Numbered from the stretch's first letter, positions 24,222 to 37,209 are shown. The stretch is 64,000 nt of DNA from Rhodosorus marinus CCMP1338 (GCA_029953675.1 JAMWBK010000002.1:992001-1056000); one strand, 5' to 3'. Numbers and translations: made by a program. Notes: generated from the letters alone by a model not told the origin.

Positions 24222-27176
24222 TCAAAGCATAGCCTCCGCAACAACTGCGACGTCCGCCCGCTTCACTTCTTCAATGCGGGTCTCACCGTTAGGAAGCACC
24301 CTCAGTTTCTTGTTATGATATCTGCGACGAAACAAAGCAAATGAGCAACAGATAAGCATTTGCCGCGGTGGGCCCAATTGCCAGTGTTAAAGCAACGATC
24401 GGTTGTGGTTTGACTTTCGTACCTCAGCAAGCTTGGGCGGTGCCCTACACTCATCACCGTAATCCCGCTTTCGGCGAAGAACTCATAAAGTCTACCCTCT
24501 GCTTCAAGATCAAGTGCGCTTGAAGACTCGTCCAAAATTGCAAGAGCAGGCTTTCTTAAAAGCAAGCGTCCGAAAGCAAGTCGTTGCTGCTCACCAAGTG
24601 AAAGCACATCTGACCAGTCCCGTTCAGCTTCCAATCCTGGGGCCGGAAAATGGAGAAGAGAAAGCTGAGACAAACAAGAAACGGATCGTGTCTCGCAGAT
24701 CTTGATTCCTTCAACGAACCTCCGAATTTCTCCGGAAGCGAGCCTAGATCCACTCGGTTCAATACGTCCTGAAGTTCCTGGTCATCTGCGTTCGCATCCT
24801 CCGGTCGGATTGGGTATGTCAGCTGCTCCCGTAGAGATCCCAATGTGCAATATGGTCGTTGCGGAAGGAACAGAACTTCCGAGTCTTCGGTGCGGATAAC
24901 TTTTCCGGATCCACTTCTCCACAGTCCTGCAACTGCCCTCAGCAAAGAGCTTTTACCCACTCCCGAGGGCCCAACGATTAACACTCTCTCCCCCTTCTCA
25001 ACCTTGAGATCTACATTTTTCAAAAGCACTCTTTTTGCAGAATCTGGAGTACTCAAAGTAAGCCCTGTACCAGATAAACAAGCGAGTTAAGCGAGTTTAG
25101 AACGAGTCAGCACGATTGAACGCGAATTGCAACCAGATCCCTTAGTCCTATTCCAAACACGTGGAAGACAAACACCTTGCGAACCGCAGCTTACGCCACA
25201 AGAGCAAAGTTGTACCCTCCGCCGCGGACTAAGGAAGCTTTCGTGCATGAAACCTACCTTCGAGCACAACAGTTGCCTCTGGCGTTGTTTCGAGCTCAAT
25301 CCTCTCGCCTGGGCCATTCTTCTCTTCCTCGACTTTTCGCTCAAGGAACTCGGCAAATTCACCAAGCCTGTCAATGCCCGCGGAAAACTTACTCAAGGCT
25401 TCAAATCGGCTGATAACCAAACTCAAGTCGTTGAGGATGTGGTTGAATGCGGAGAAGCTTTGGTTTACGACCCCGAACTCGATTGAGCCCTAGCAGAAAG
25501 TAAACGCGGCGCAGACAAGGCACAATAGTTAGTCTCTACCCGACGGGTGTGCTTTCAATGCTTTCTCGTCTCATACGTACTTTGAAATACAGTGGAGCGA
25601 TTACCAGTGCTGGTAAGACTTGAATGAGGTACCTGCGAACGAGCCTACGAGTTAGGCAGTGCTCGATGAGGTACTTAAGATCATTGTTTTGGGAAGTGCG
25701 AACCTGTATCCGTTCGTAAAAAATTCCAGGTTTCTCTGTCCCTTGAGCAATTTTGCAAAATTGTCAACCGCACCACCAAATCGTTTCTCAATCGTGCTTC
25801 GTTCACGATCCTCCCCTCTGTAGAAGGCTATGCTCTCGGCATTCTCTCTCACTCGCACCAAAGAATATCGAAAGTCCTGATTGAAAATAGCAATACTCAG
25901 CGATCAAACATGACCACCCAAGTCTCTTCTACGTGCGAAGCAGCCTGGATCATAAGGATTATGAGGAAATAGCTTACCGCCTCTTTTTGGAGCTGAGCGA
26001 AATTGATGCTGATAAGCTGCCTCCCAATCACCTGCATTCAGCGAGAGTACTTTCAGCTTTCCCGTGTCTACGCCTATAGAGTTTCGCGAGCATTCTTGAG
26101 TCACCAAGATCTGCCTACCGTTGTAAGGAAAGTGCCCATGGACGCATATCCGACCAGCACCAGAAATAGGGGAGGGTAGATCGAGAAAAGAATTGTTGAA
26201 AAAGAAAGCAGGTCCACTGCTGATATAAGCAGCGTCAGGAAGAACTGAAGCGAGGTTTGTGTGAAAGCAGCCAAATCCTCCGCGATTCGCTGATCCGGAT
26301 TGTCCTGCGCGTCGTAGTACATGATTAGTCGGGAGCTGCGATCATCTGCACGGTTTGGAAGCTTTTCTTCACGAATCAACATTGCCTTGCTTACCACGTC
26401 CGAGTTATTTTCAATATCGTAATAGTTAATACTGTTGAAGTAATCCTCGAGAGTCTTTTTGGTCAACCACTCTCGCCAACGAAGTCCTAGCATATCGCGA
26501 GAATAGGTGTACAACACTACAATAGGCGTCCCAATGACAAGGGCTCCAAAAAAAAGTTCGGCTTGATACATGAATCTATTTTGCGGAAGGAAATAATCAC
26601 GTTTAGAAGAAGCGCATTCTTCGATCCAATGGGTATCAACAAGCACCAGACGGGGCTTGTTCGCTACAAAGGTCGAGATACTCACTTGTCCATGTTCTTC
26701 ATAGACAACGCTGTCCAAAAGTCCCTTCCTATGTAGCTGAAGGCCACGGATATTCCTGCCTGGGCGAGTGTTAGGACGATGACTCCACCGAGGCGAAAGC
26801 GTTCACCCTTTTCCTCCTTCCAAAATGGCGTCGCGAGCTTCATGAACAGAGTCAGAATTCGTCCCAGATCTCTCCTCTGCTTCTCCAATTCCTCAGGGTC
26901 AGGCTTCTCCGGAGGCGGCCCGGAGGGAATTGCACCCACCGCAGGTTGCGACATTCGCAGCACATCGTCAAAAACTCCGTTAGATTTGGCTCCGTTCCCT
27001 TCAGCTCCCATTCTCACAGCCGTTCGGACGGGTTCCGATCGTTTCCGAACCTGTACCCAGCGTACAGTGGACACCTTCGCAGGCCGCAGCCCAACAAACG
27101 ACCTCCTCCCATCACCCCCAACGGTCACGCCACCGCCCAAAAAGCATGGCGTGAAAGACAAACTGTACGATGTCAT
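24222..27176 (-). CDS. ABC transporter subfamily D half-transporter, probably plastid-targeted
   Basis: DNPDQRIAEDL motif; Walker A GPSGVGKSS; LFLPQRPY; signature LSLGEQQRLAF; Walker B ILDESSSALD; SVGHR. Ser/Arg-rich N-terminal extension; multiple GT-AG introns. Confidence 0.92.
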
Positions 27177-28948
27177 TCTCTTACCTCGTTTACCTAGAAC
27201 CAACCCTCCAGATTTCCAATTCTTCTAACAACCCCCCAAATCTCCCCAACCCTAACCCATCACCTACTCACCACCTCCCTCACCACCCCAACACCTATTC
27301 CATTTTCCCACCCCCCAAAAAGCCAAGAAGAGCTGCACTGCTAACACCAAAAACCAAACTGCAAAAATAGAAGGGGGTAAAATAATATGACTCTACGGCC
27401 ACAAACCCTTTCCAAGCAAAAACGTGAAATTTTCCAATGAAAACACTGCATCTCAACAAGCCCTCTGATCATGTGTTGAAATTTTGAATAAAAATTGGGC
27501 CATGCGCAACTGGCCATTGACACAGCTTTTTGTGTCAGAAAAAAGACGTGGTCAGAAACCCTCTTTCTCTCTAATGTAATAATTGATATGTATAAAGTAT
27601 TAATAATATTTGTATCGGTTTTTTAAATTTTAAACGCAGGGGGAGCGGAGCGAAAAAAACGAAGGTTTTGTGGATGTTGGAAGGTGGGGGAGGGAGACGC
27701 TTATCTCCATCTGTTGTATGAATTGATGTGAGGGGAAGTAGGAAGGATACTTCGGGTTGTCGTGTAACGCGAGCCTCGTTCTTGCACTCTCCGTAGGACG
27801 CAATTAACTTGGAGGTCTTTTGGCGCTCTTGATTCTCCTGGTCGTGCAACTCGTGATTCGTCGAAAGACCTTGACCGAATGAGTAGCTGAGGATGACCAG
27901 TGATTTGGATCTTGTGGTTTTGCAACCATTCAAATTCAGGGTGTTACAAATGTCTTGCACGCCTTGGGGATCCCGGGCCCAGAGAATGGATGGAAGCTGA
28001 AACGAATGTAGTTGTAGCGATCCTTGGGAGGAACAGAGCTTCTTGATGGATGGGTACAGTTGAGGCGGAAGCGACATGTCGTTCTTCAACCAGCCTTTCG
28101 AGCTCCTCCCTCTCCGTGTTCTGAAAAATCAGCTAGCTTACTATCTCCGACATGTCATCGATGTCAAGAGATGCTTGTACATCAGCGGTGCATACCCACT
28201 AGCCGAAACAGCAAAACCATATTTGTCAGGGTGAAGTTTCATTCTATTTGGAAGAACACACATGATCGCAGTGATTTGCGAGTTGAAAAGCGGAGCTGAA
28301 GGCCCCAGGAAGTTTCCGAACGCGATTGCAATTGCCCCTCCTTTCTAGTGGCTCGACTGCGCGGCCACCAATCCGCCCTCTCCCAAACAATAACTATTAC
28401 AACGGCGGGTTGGCCTGCGGCAATTACGCAAATCCTCACAAGACTTCTGTAGTAGTCGACCCTTCACTTAGACATACACGATGGCCCCGCGAAGTTTACC
28501 CACCCAAAGTTCCCGTGGGGCGTTTCCCCCCATCTTCCCAGATGACTGAAAATATTGTTGTATTGTTTCAAGTACAACGCTCGCGACCGCAAACCTAGGG
28601 GCGCGGAGCTAGTGATGAGGAAAAAATTCCTAGTAGCCACGTATGGACATGTCGGAAACGCATATAATGCATAAGTCCAACTTTTCGAGCAGATACTTGT
28701 CCCTACCGTCCCCTACCCACCCCGCTGGGACTCCCCTTTTGCGTGATGATGGATCACGCCATCACTGGCGGCACCTGACCGTCACCGAAAGGAGTTAGTT
28801 TGTTCTCGGGATCTGAGGTTCGTCTCGCAGAGAATTGGCTCAGGAAATCTAGACGGCGTCTGCACACACGAAGAATTGTAAAAGTGGTGATTCGATCCGA
28901 CTCCTGTTTCAACCCAAAACTAAAAGAGGTCTGACCTAACTATCTTAG

Positions 28949-29222
28949 AGCTCAATTTGGAATCCTTTCGGCGATTGCCGATGTCCTCGATCCAAAATCG
29001 CCTGAGAAGAGACTTCGTCAGACACAAGCCCGATCTCGCGAGACTCTTTTCGCAAACCGATCTAACCAGTTCGATAATCAAGCTCAGACCAATACGCAAA
29101 GAAATAATTCACTGGAGAACTCTTCCGGCACCTCTTGCCCTCACCCTCCTCCGAAGAAGAAGTGTTGCAAGAATTGCATGAGCGCTTGTCCGGTTATGGT
29201 TGGAAAAGTGCCTGACACGTGA
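28949..29222 (+). CDS. Possible terminal exon of a hypothetical protein with a Cys-rich tail
   Basis: CTGACCTAAC branch-like sequence, then TTAG acceptor, then an open frame AQFGILSAIADVLDPK...PPPKKKCCKNCMSACPVMVGKVPDT*. Upstream exons were not resolved. Confidence 0.3.
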
Positions 29223-31098
29223 TCTAAATGTATATCCCACAACGTAGCACAAGGACTGGACGTGGCATAAGCCAAACACCTGACACTCCAACAACGGGAC
29301 CGAGAAAAAGCCAATCCGTAATAAAACAAGTCTACGTATATCTACAATACGCATACGCTTGTCTACTCGACAGCGTCATCCCTAAACAGCCTTGCACTAA
29401 TGGCCATCGCCTCCTCCCCCTTCCCGCTCGGGTAAATGGATCGCCGGCAAATAGCGCTATCTCCTGATGTCCCAATCGACGAGAATTTGGTCAGTCATGA
29501 TGGCCGCCTAGATTGCGGCACACTTGATTTTCACAAAAATAATAATTCGGTCCAACTTCCATTTTCTCGTTGCCTTTCTGCATAAGACATTTGACGTCGT
29601 TGCAGATTCTTCCTTAGTGGGAAGCGGAGATATGTGAATTGATGGCAGTGGACAACTTCGGGGGAAGGTTTCAGAATGGATTTGTAGAATCTAGGCGTAT
29701 CTAGAACGCTCAGACTTGAAGTAGGACTATTTGGGATGTTGGATGTTCTATATCGCGTATTGTAGTGCAAAATTGTATACGATATCGTGGATGCTAGTTT
29801 TGGTTGTGTTCTTATCCGCACACCGAAGAGTAACCTAGATCTGGATTTAGACTTAGGGTACCGAGGACTAGCTTCGGTACTTCAGAGAAAGTTGCACCTT
29901 GTAGTAGAGGGGTAGCTGGAAGTAAATGGAATGGGGAGGCCTCTATTAACGGGAAAGAGCCATAGCATAACACCGTCAGGATTTTTTCTGAAATATGTTT
30001 ACTTTTTCCTGGGCAAAAGCCTACCGAAAAAACATCTGGCCTGTGACACTGCCTTTTGAGAATGGCTAAATCATTTTTTAAAAACCCGTTGGGCGGTTTC
30101 TGGTTCCAGGCGGACACGATGAGGACATGTGAGGATTTTCTTTCGAAAATACAGTCGACGCATCGTTTGCAGAAGGGCTCGCTTCGCTTCGGATGGGTTC
30201 CATTCTTGCCGTTTCTTGAAGCTCCCTTTCTGTTTGCGGGGGTCAGGAAGGGGACATGCGCAATACCACAATCCGTTGGAATGCGACGTTCGTCACGGTG
30301 TAGACCATTCTCAAACTGAAGTATCCCTTTCTCTGGCACTAGAAGTCACGCCCTTTGCGTTCTGCATTTCGGGGCTAGCCACGGCGCAAACCCTTCCCTC
30401 CCTCCCTCCCAGTCGAGTCAGGCGAGAGATTCATAGCTGGAGGGACCCGCTAGCCCCACCATTCCCTCATTGGTAAGTAAACGTTATCTAAGTACAATTA
30501 TTTTTTTCAATGTCCCATGGCCCCAGCGCGTGAAAATTTCAGATTCTTTTTCAAAGGATTTTTGCTGGCTTAACAATATCCTCCGCGCGTTTTACAAACC
30601 GGGAAAAAAAAGTCGGCCTGACTGTTTTGGTAGATTCAGTCTTGTTTTTTCCTTGATTTGGGGGGGGGACGGGGAGAAGAGGCTGGGGACCTAATCTTTG
30701 CATCTGCTTCACTATCAATCCTTGGAAACAATCAATGTCAAGATTTCCAGCTCCAAAGGCGCGACAGCATTCGGTGCCAACCACCCTCACTCATATGGAA
30801 AGTTTGACTCAACCGCAGTAGAGCTACGCAAAGGATTCAACCCCAAAGACGGTAAACGCTTTCGGGTACAAGAAAAGATGATGTTCTGGCGCGGTGGATC
30901 CCAAGACAAGACGTGACAGCTAGACGAGACTGAGCTTTCACGTTGTTTAAGCTGTATGGAATGAACACCACAAGCTTCAGCGTTGGTATGATTTCTCAAT
31001 CGGCAAACCTTCTTGAGTTTCCAAGTGCTTGTTGTACAAATTTAATGATAAGAATTAATAAATACTACGACCTATTACTACAACGCCAGATAGGCTCT

Positions 31099-31929
31099 TC
31101 AACACTGCTTCGGGTTCGAGGACAGCGCAGCTGTTTCACGAACCAGATATCGGCAGTCTTTCATATCAGACGGAGTTGTGTGGTTAATTTCAGCAGCGAG
31201 CCGATCCTCACTGATGCAGATTGTTTCAGACATTTGTTCAACCACCACTCGAACATTGCAGTGTCCGTATGTGTTTGTAACTTCTTCCATGAACTCAACG
31301 GCCTTCGCCGGTAGAGTCTGCCTAGGAAAGTACATGTCAGTCAACTGAACAGCAGCCACAATCGTCTTGTAGTCGACATCCACTCCAATCCTCTCATGAA
31401 GCCACTCCTTGTTTACGGTCAGGGCTGTGATAGTTTGCTCAGGGCTCATCTCAGAGAGCACCATTCCCGCAAACCTTGCGGAAAAGGCTGAGACTCTGTT
31501 CAAAAAGCTGTATGCGGAGGTGGTCACCACACATTGGAAGTTTCCGCGGCCAACTCGATCACAGAGCATGCCAAACAGACGTTGAGCCTCGCCGTTATCC
31601 GACCCAAAGAGCGACTGGCTGCATCCGTCCTCAATGATTTTCAGCATCTCAACTTCCGGAATATACAGAATCGCTTTCTCTTCTTCGGCGAAGTCGATAC
31701 GTTCTTCAATTCTAGCCGCGAAACCCTCACAGCTGCTGCACTCCCTCACCAAGGAGGCGAGATCCACCTCCACAACAGGCAAATTGAGTTTCCTCACAGT
31801 CTCATCAAATATAGTTCGCTTTCCCACTCCTGCCTTGCCGTGAATAACGACATTCTCACCCTGCATGAGCAGGTCAATGAGGTCCTCCACGTTTCTGTCT
31901 CTGAACATAACTCTTGTATACGGTGCCAT
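31099..31929 (-). CDS. Stand-alone degenerate Clp/Hsp100 first AAA+ module (NBD1)
   Basis: Collinear with ClpB/C NBD1: VIHGKAGVGKRT (Walker A), EVDLASLV, AARIEERI, ILYIPEVE (Walker B position), GRGNFQCVVTTS, ARF, LTDMYFPRQTLPAKAVEFMEE (compare FLPDKAIDLIDE). The ORF is uninterrupted; the first in-frame ATG is at 31929. Confidence 0.8.
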   Translation of the reverse strand: MAPYTRVMFRDRNVEDLIDLLMQGENVVIHGKAGVGKRTIFDETVRKLNLPVVEVDLASLVRECSSCEGFAARIEERIDFAEEEKAILYIPEVEMLKIIEDGCSQSLFGSDNGEAQRLFGMLCDRVGRGNFQCVVTTSAYSFLNRVSAFSARFAGMVLSEMSPEQTITALTVNKEWLHERIGVDVDYKTIVAAVQLTDMYFPRQTLPAKAVEFMEEVTNTYGHCNVRVVVEQMSETICISEDRLAAEINHTTPSDMKDCRYLVRETAALSSNPKQC

Positions 31930-32975
31930 TGTCTCAACCTTCAATACTTCAGTATTCCCATTCAAAAATGATGTCCTTAATCTCAACAACACTCTCTCAC
32001 ATACCTTGGCACAGCTTTCCCATCTTCACTCCCATGACTGAACCCCAGCCTTGCCCTATATACCCTTCACCATAAACGCCAACAAATCCAGGCAGGCAAG
32101 CCTCGTTAAAATTACAAAAAAATTCAACCATCGCCACCCCCCGGAGTAGTTTGATTGCCTAGCCTCCCATGTGACTAACATCAGCAGCACCGGTTTCAAG
32201 GGGAGAGTGACTGCCTCGCCTCAGCATCTTCATTATCTTCGAATTTTCAAGTCTTCACGTATAGTCTTTGTTCAATTTTTTTGAGGATGAGCCCAAATAA
32301 TGAATTTTGATATATTTTAATAAGAACGTGTTTAGTTATAATATAAATATATACTCGCCCTTAAGCAAGCTCGTAAGCTGTCACCCCTCGACAACCCCCC
32401 CCTTGGTCACGATTGTGACTCAAAAACGCCACTTTCAGTTCTTCGGTAATTAAGTGGAACTGGACACTTGAAGAGGTAGAAAAAGATCGTTATCGATCTC
32501 TAATTTGAACCCCACCGACTCAGCTAAGATTTCCTCTTCACTTCCCCGCATGACAGCTAAACTAAGGAGCTGCCCTTGGCTTGGCTTTCCCAATCTCTAT
32601 TTTTTAATCCTTTTTGAGGATTTTACGGCTTAGCGACCCAATGATATTTTAGGTCGCTGATGCTTACTCCCCTCGACTCCTGTTCCAGAATTTTCCTCTT
32701 GTTTAAAAATAAAATTGAAGATTGCTTTCTCCTTCGATTTCAGGGTTTGCGAGGATAGCTGGGGGAGAGTATTGTGCCTGCCTCACCCCTGGCCTGGGTT
32801 CTACTATTATTTTCTTATTCTTCTTGGTTTCTTTGCACAAAGGATATGGGAATGCCCTGACTCCCCTCGACCTTCGCCTGAGAATTTGTTTTTGAAATTC
32901 GAAGATTGCGGTCTCGCCTTTGACCGACTCGGCAAAGATTTGGATATCCATTGCCTTGGTTGATACACTATAGAT

Positions 32976-33031
32976 TTAGTGTAGTTGCCAAAAGTATTCA
33001 CTATTGTGAATACTTTTGGCAACTACGCTAA
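32976..33031. repeat. Perfect 21-bp palindrome arms with a 4-nt loop
   Basis: GTAGTTGCCAAAAGTATTCAC-TATT-GTGAATACTTTTGGCAACTAC (32981-33026), extendable to ~26 bp with one G:T. Confidence 0.95.
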
Positions 33032-33297
33032 TAATAGGGCGATCTAGGGTCGCCGTAGGATTTTATCCTCAAACCATGGTTCCAGCTAGGCCAATCATAT
33101 AGAGTTTCAGAGGCGTTTTTTGGATAGTCTCTCCCTCTGCAATTGTCGAAGGCGTGCATCGGGGGAGTCTATACACCCCTTGTGGGTATAACTGCTCTCG
33201 CCACAGCGTTTATGAATATTGCAGAAGAAATTGTACTAAAAGTTGGAACAAGATCGGTGTGAAGGCGATCCTGAAACGTGACAACGAGTATATTTCT

Positions 33298-33646
33298 TCT
33301 TGTGGAAGAAAAAAGGCTTTTGAACTGCCTGAGCATGCGATTGTAGCCTAAAAAGGGGCGCGAGTTGGAAATGCAACCGGGTGCACTTGCTGGAGAATGC
33401 CCTGAGACCGTTTTACAACAAGCAATAATCCTTTGGAAAGGATTTGGACTCATGAGGGAGGGTAGCGGTAGAACTTCTCCCGCCGAACCAAAATCGGCGT
33501 GTGAAGCGTCCAAGGACTTTGGTGACAAACGATTATTTCTCTTCTTGTGGAAGAAAAAAGGCCTGTGAGCGGCAAGAGACGTGGACAGAGCTCAAGAAGA
33601 GGTGTGGGGTGGAAATGCAACGGGATCCCACTTGCTGGAGAATGCC
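33298..33646. repeat. Diverged tandem duplication, period 245 bp
   Basis: Shared blocks TCTTGTGGAAGAAAAAAGGC (33298/33543), TGGAAATGCAAC and CACTTGCTGGAGAATGCC (33384/33629) lie at a constant offset. Confidence 0.8.
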
Positions 33647-36199
33647 GTGATACTGTTTTGTGAAAGATAACTTTGTGCAACGGTTCGGACTGGTAAGCGA
33701 GTTGGGGGGTATCCACGATCCCACAAACAGATTGACATTCCACGGAGCCAGCACCCGTAATGGCAGATTCCTTTTGGAGCCCAGTTGAAACTGCAATAGG
33801 TTACAAATGTTCAGTGGCACAACAGATCTGATTTTCTCCAAGCTCTCCCGTTTCCGAGGTACTAATGTTTAGCTAAGAATAAATTGGGAGCTACTTTTAG
33901 ATGTCGTTCTCAAAATCATCGAATTTTGGCCGAAAAGTGAGCTTCTTTCCTAGCTCAGATTTCTTTGGTGGACCAGAGCATATTTCTAGTTCACATAGAG
34001 GGGATAGGTAGTGTTTTTCCAGCTACACGGAGGTACGTTCCTGCTATCCATCCGATTCTCTCTCGCGAGCGATCACAATAATCCAAAAAAATCGGACACG
34101 AGAGCTCTCCATGATTTTCTTCGGAAATTCTTCCCCGCGCTTCGTGAGATCAAAATTATGGAAACTATGAATCTTTCAACACACCCATCTTGGAACCTCA
34201 AAATAGACTTGTTTGATAGAATATTGTTGAAACTAACACAGAATGCAATACAATAATGAGGTGGGTGAAGGTCGCGACCGCTGATCCGGCTCCTGAGTAA
34301 CAACTATATAGAAGATTAAATAGACTGAAATGGAATGGTGTAAGCTGCCCTGTCGATGGCATGCTCAAAAACCTCATTTGTTTTATGTTTTTAACCCCTC
34401 ACCAGAGGTAGCAAAGAAGTCCATATTCAATCATTTTGGATTGGGCGTTTCAAATCTTCTCTCTTTTCTCCCCTGTTCCGAGATGCCTGCAGTTTGCTTT
34501 AAAAAGAACATAATTTTGATAGTTGGTCCGCTTTGGGAGTTGGATTTTTTTTTGGCAGTAAGCTACGGATTACACACTGTCCTTGACCCTTTTTTCGAGA
34601 TTGAGCCAGGAAGGCCCATTTGGCCAACTCGTACATGAAATTGGTTCTCAGGGAGAGAAATGCTATTTTTGAAGTGTTTTTTTAACAGGAGAAACTGGAA
34701 ACTGGGCAGCTGCTGGGGAGCTGTTGAGCGGAGACGGAGGCCACACCCTTTCGTGGAGATCTGGCACTCGTTCACCGCGGCAACTACCTATGGGAAATTG
34801 TGTGAACGTTTTTCTGATTCTCCTGGCGGGCATTGATGGGAACGATGATGACGAATCGGAAAGGATCGCATCGGTTTGTTTATTATTGCTTCGGTTGAAA
34901 TTGTGGTGCGAATGACACGTGCCGCGCGCCGCGGGTTGGGACAATTCTGGACCAGCCCAAACTTAACAGAAAAGTCGCCCAGGTGCGTGCAAGGAACGTC
35001 CTCCCCCCATGCATATTTTTTTTTCTAAAGGTCACCTGCGCACAAGGGAAGACGCTCGGCTAGCGAAATTGATTGACTGGTGGCTCAAGTAGTCGTTGAC
35101 AACGGCTCTAACGGCGAGCATAATCATGGTTTCATGTGACCTGTGTGAATTGATAAACGTACCCGCCCTCTTGGACTCACTCAAGCTTGTGGGATTTGAG
35201 TTTCTGGGGGTGCTCAACAAGCCATTCTTTCGACTCCACAATATCGTGTTGGTCAAGGCTATCCCGCTGGGCAGTGCATCTCGCAAAAGGCCTGGAAGGC
35301 TGGCAATTGTAGCGGATTGCCCTGCTCTATTTGACAAGCGATCAACGCGGGCAATTGATTGACGCGGTCCCACCTGCTCATCGGTATGGACCTTAGAAAT
35401 ATCGTATCTATTTTTTACCGATAAGCAGCCTCAGCTTGGACCACAAAAACAGTGAGGGCGTTGGGGGTTTCTCCAAGCCCTCAATCCCAAAAGGTTTTCG
35501 AAGAAAACCACTCGTACAGTATTTCACGGCTGACTAAAATGCAACTCACAATCTATGAAGCAGAAAAACCGGGATTGAGGATATCCCTTCAACCCTCAAA
35601 CAAAACAAAGCGACCACCCTCAAGCAGAACTAGGACGACCCCCCTTCAATCGTGAAAAAACCCCTCCTAAATTGAAAAGGATTAATTCTCCGGCAGTTTC
35701 GAAACGGCGAAAAATTGGGCTGCGTAGAAAACACTCTGGAAAACAGAATGCTTCAGGGTGCTTTTCGGAGAAATGAGTATTTTTATTGGGAAAAGAGTTT
35801 CTGAGAGAGCTTTCTTGAGCGATGGTGAATTTGGGGTTCTTTCGAACTCATTTGTTAATGTTATCGAAGCTTTTGCTCAACCAGGTGGGATGGCTGAGTG
35901 GGGTATAGGGTGGTTGAGGGAGGGGAGATTCTGGCTTTTTGGTGGCGAGCGATACCCTCAGCCTCATCGTACGTATGCAAGGGAGGAGGTGGGAGGTGGG
36001 GGTTCTCCCGCTGATAGATTCATTTTTAGGGGCGAAAGATGTAGGCTTCTTTTTGTGTTGCACTATAGGTTCGCGGGCTGGACTGCAAGAAGCCAATGAT
36101 AGAATGGTGAGTCGGTGCTTCGGTTCCTAGTGGATATTTTATGGACCCGGGAAGACTCGTAAAGTGACTCTCACCACCAATTTTCGGCTAACCGGTCCT

Positions 36200-37209
36200 C
36201 GAAAAATCTCTCGCAAGCTTTCCCACGATGCACGTTTGGCCCGTTCTAGCCCAACGTACCACGCGGCGGCGGTATTCGTTAAGCCTCGCGTTGCCACCAG
36301 GACCTCTTGGTTTTCCTCCTCTACCTTGTAAACTTTGTGGTGAGGGTGCTGGACTTTGGAAAGGGAAATCCTCCACGTTCACGTCATCTTTCACCACTGA
36401 TGCAGGGAAGTTGCCACGGGGTGGACGCCTCGGTCTCTCGTCGCTTACTAGAAGCGCCAGTTTTCCGTCCGCTGATCGTGAACTTTCAGGAGCCACCCCA
36501 TCGAACGCAGAATACTTGTCATATCATCCGAGCTCGTTTCCGTAGGTTGATCCTCATCCAAGACCCAACAGTCCTCATCATGATGACCAACACTGAATGC
36601 GTTCGCGTTCTTTGGGGGTATAGGGTTGTCAGGTCACGCCTCAAGTAGAAGGGGCTCAGAGACTCTCGGGGAGGATCTAGCAGAGCTAGAGCCACGTATT
36701 TACCGTGAAAGATGACCAAGAGGCATGGACGATCTAAAATACATCCGTGCACTTCCAACTATCCACGCGCTCATTGAGTTATTTGGTTGCCGCTCTCGAC
36801 TAGTCTTCGGTGTTGCCCAGTTCTTCAGGGTCAGTGCTACGCAGTAACAGATTCAAGCATGCACTTGTCGCTTCTGGGTAGCACCTTGTAGCCTTTTCTG
36901 TGCCTTAGGAATATCTGGCGAAAACGGCGAAGCAGGTTTGCACCCACAGATAGACCTTCACTTACTCAGCGCACCCTTTGTCAGGTTATTCATGTTTTAG
37001 CTATCATCAGCGCCACAGTCCGTGGTTGGCAATAAAGTTCCTTGTCTCTCTGTTGTAAAACCAGATTACCAGGGTCTAGACCTCGACCTCACGGCTCGCT
37101 GTTTATCGTCTAGCTATCTTCAGCGCCGCGGTCCACCGTTGGCAATAAAGTTCCTTGTCTCTCTGTTGTAAAAGCAAATCACCAGGGCCCGAGACCTCAC
37201 GGCTCGCTG
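36200..37209 (-). pseudogene. Possible decayed retroelement gag remnant
   Basis: The minus strand shows GHHDEDCW (~36550), the H-x4-C half of a CCHC zinc knuckle, amid stops and frameshifts. There is no intact ORF. Confidence 0.3.
36998..37209. repeat. Imperfect tandem duplication, period 113 bp
   Basis: TAGCTATC...GTTGGCAATAAAGTTCCTTGTCTCTCTGTTGTAAAA...GACCTCACGGCTCGCTG occurs at 36998 and 37111. Confidence 0.85.

Noticed and set aside
27571-28089. 172-aa minus-strand ORF
   Set aside because: It runs into low-complexity promoter-like sequence and has no motif, so coding status is unsupported.
8950-37209. CRISPR-like interpretation of the 112-, 113- and 245-bp repeats
   Set aside because: Each has only two long units, with no short repeat-spacer array and no cas genes, in eukaryotic context.
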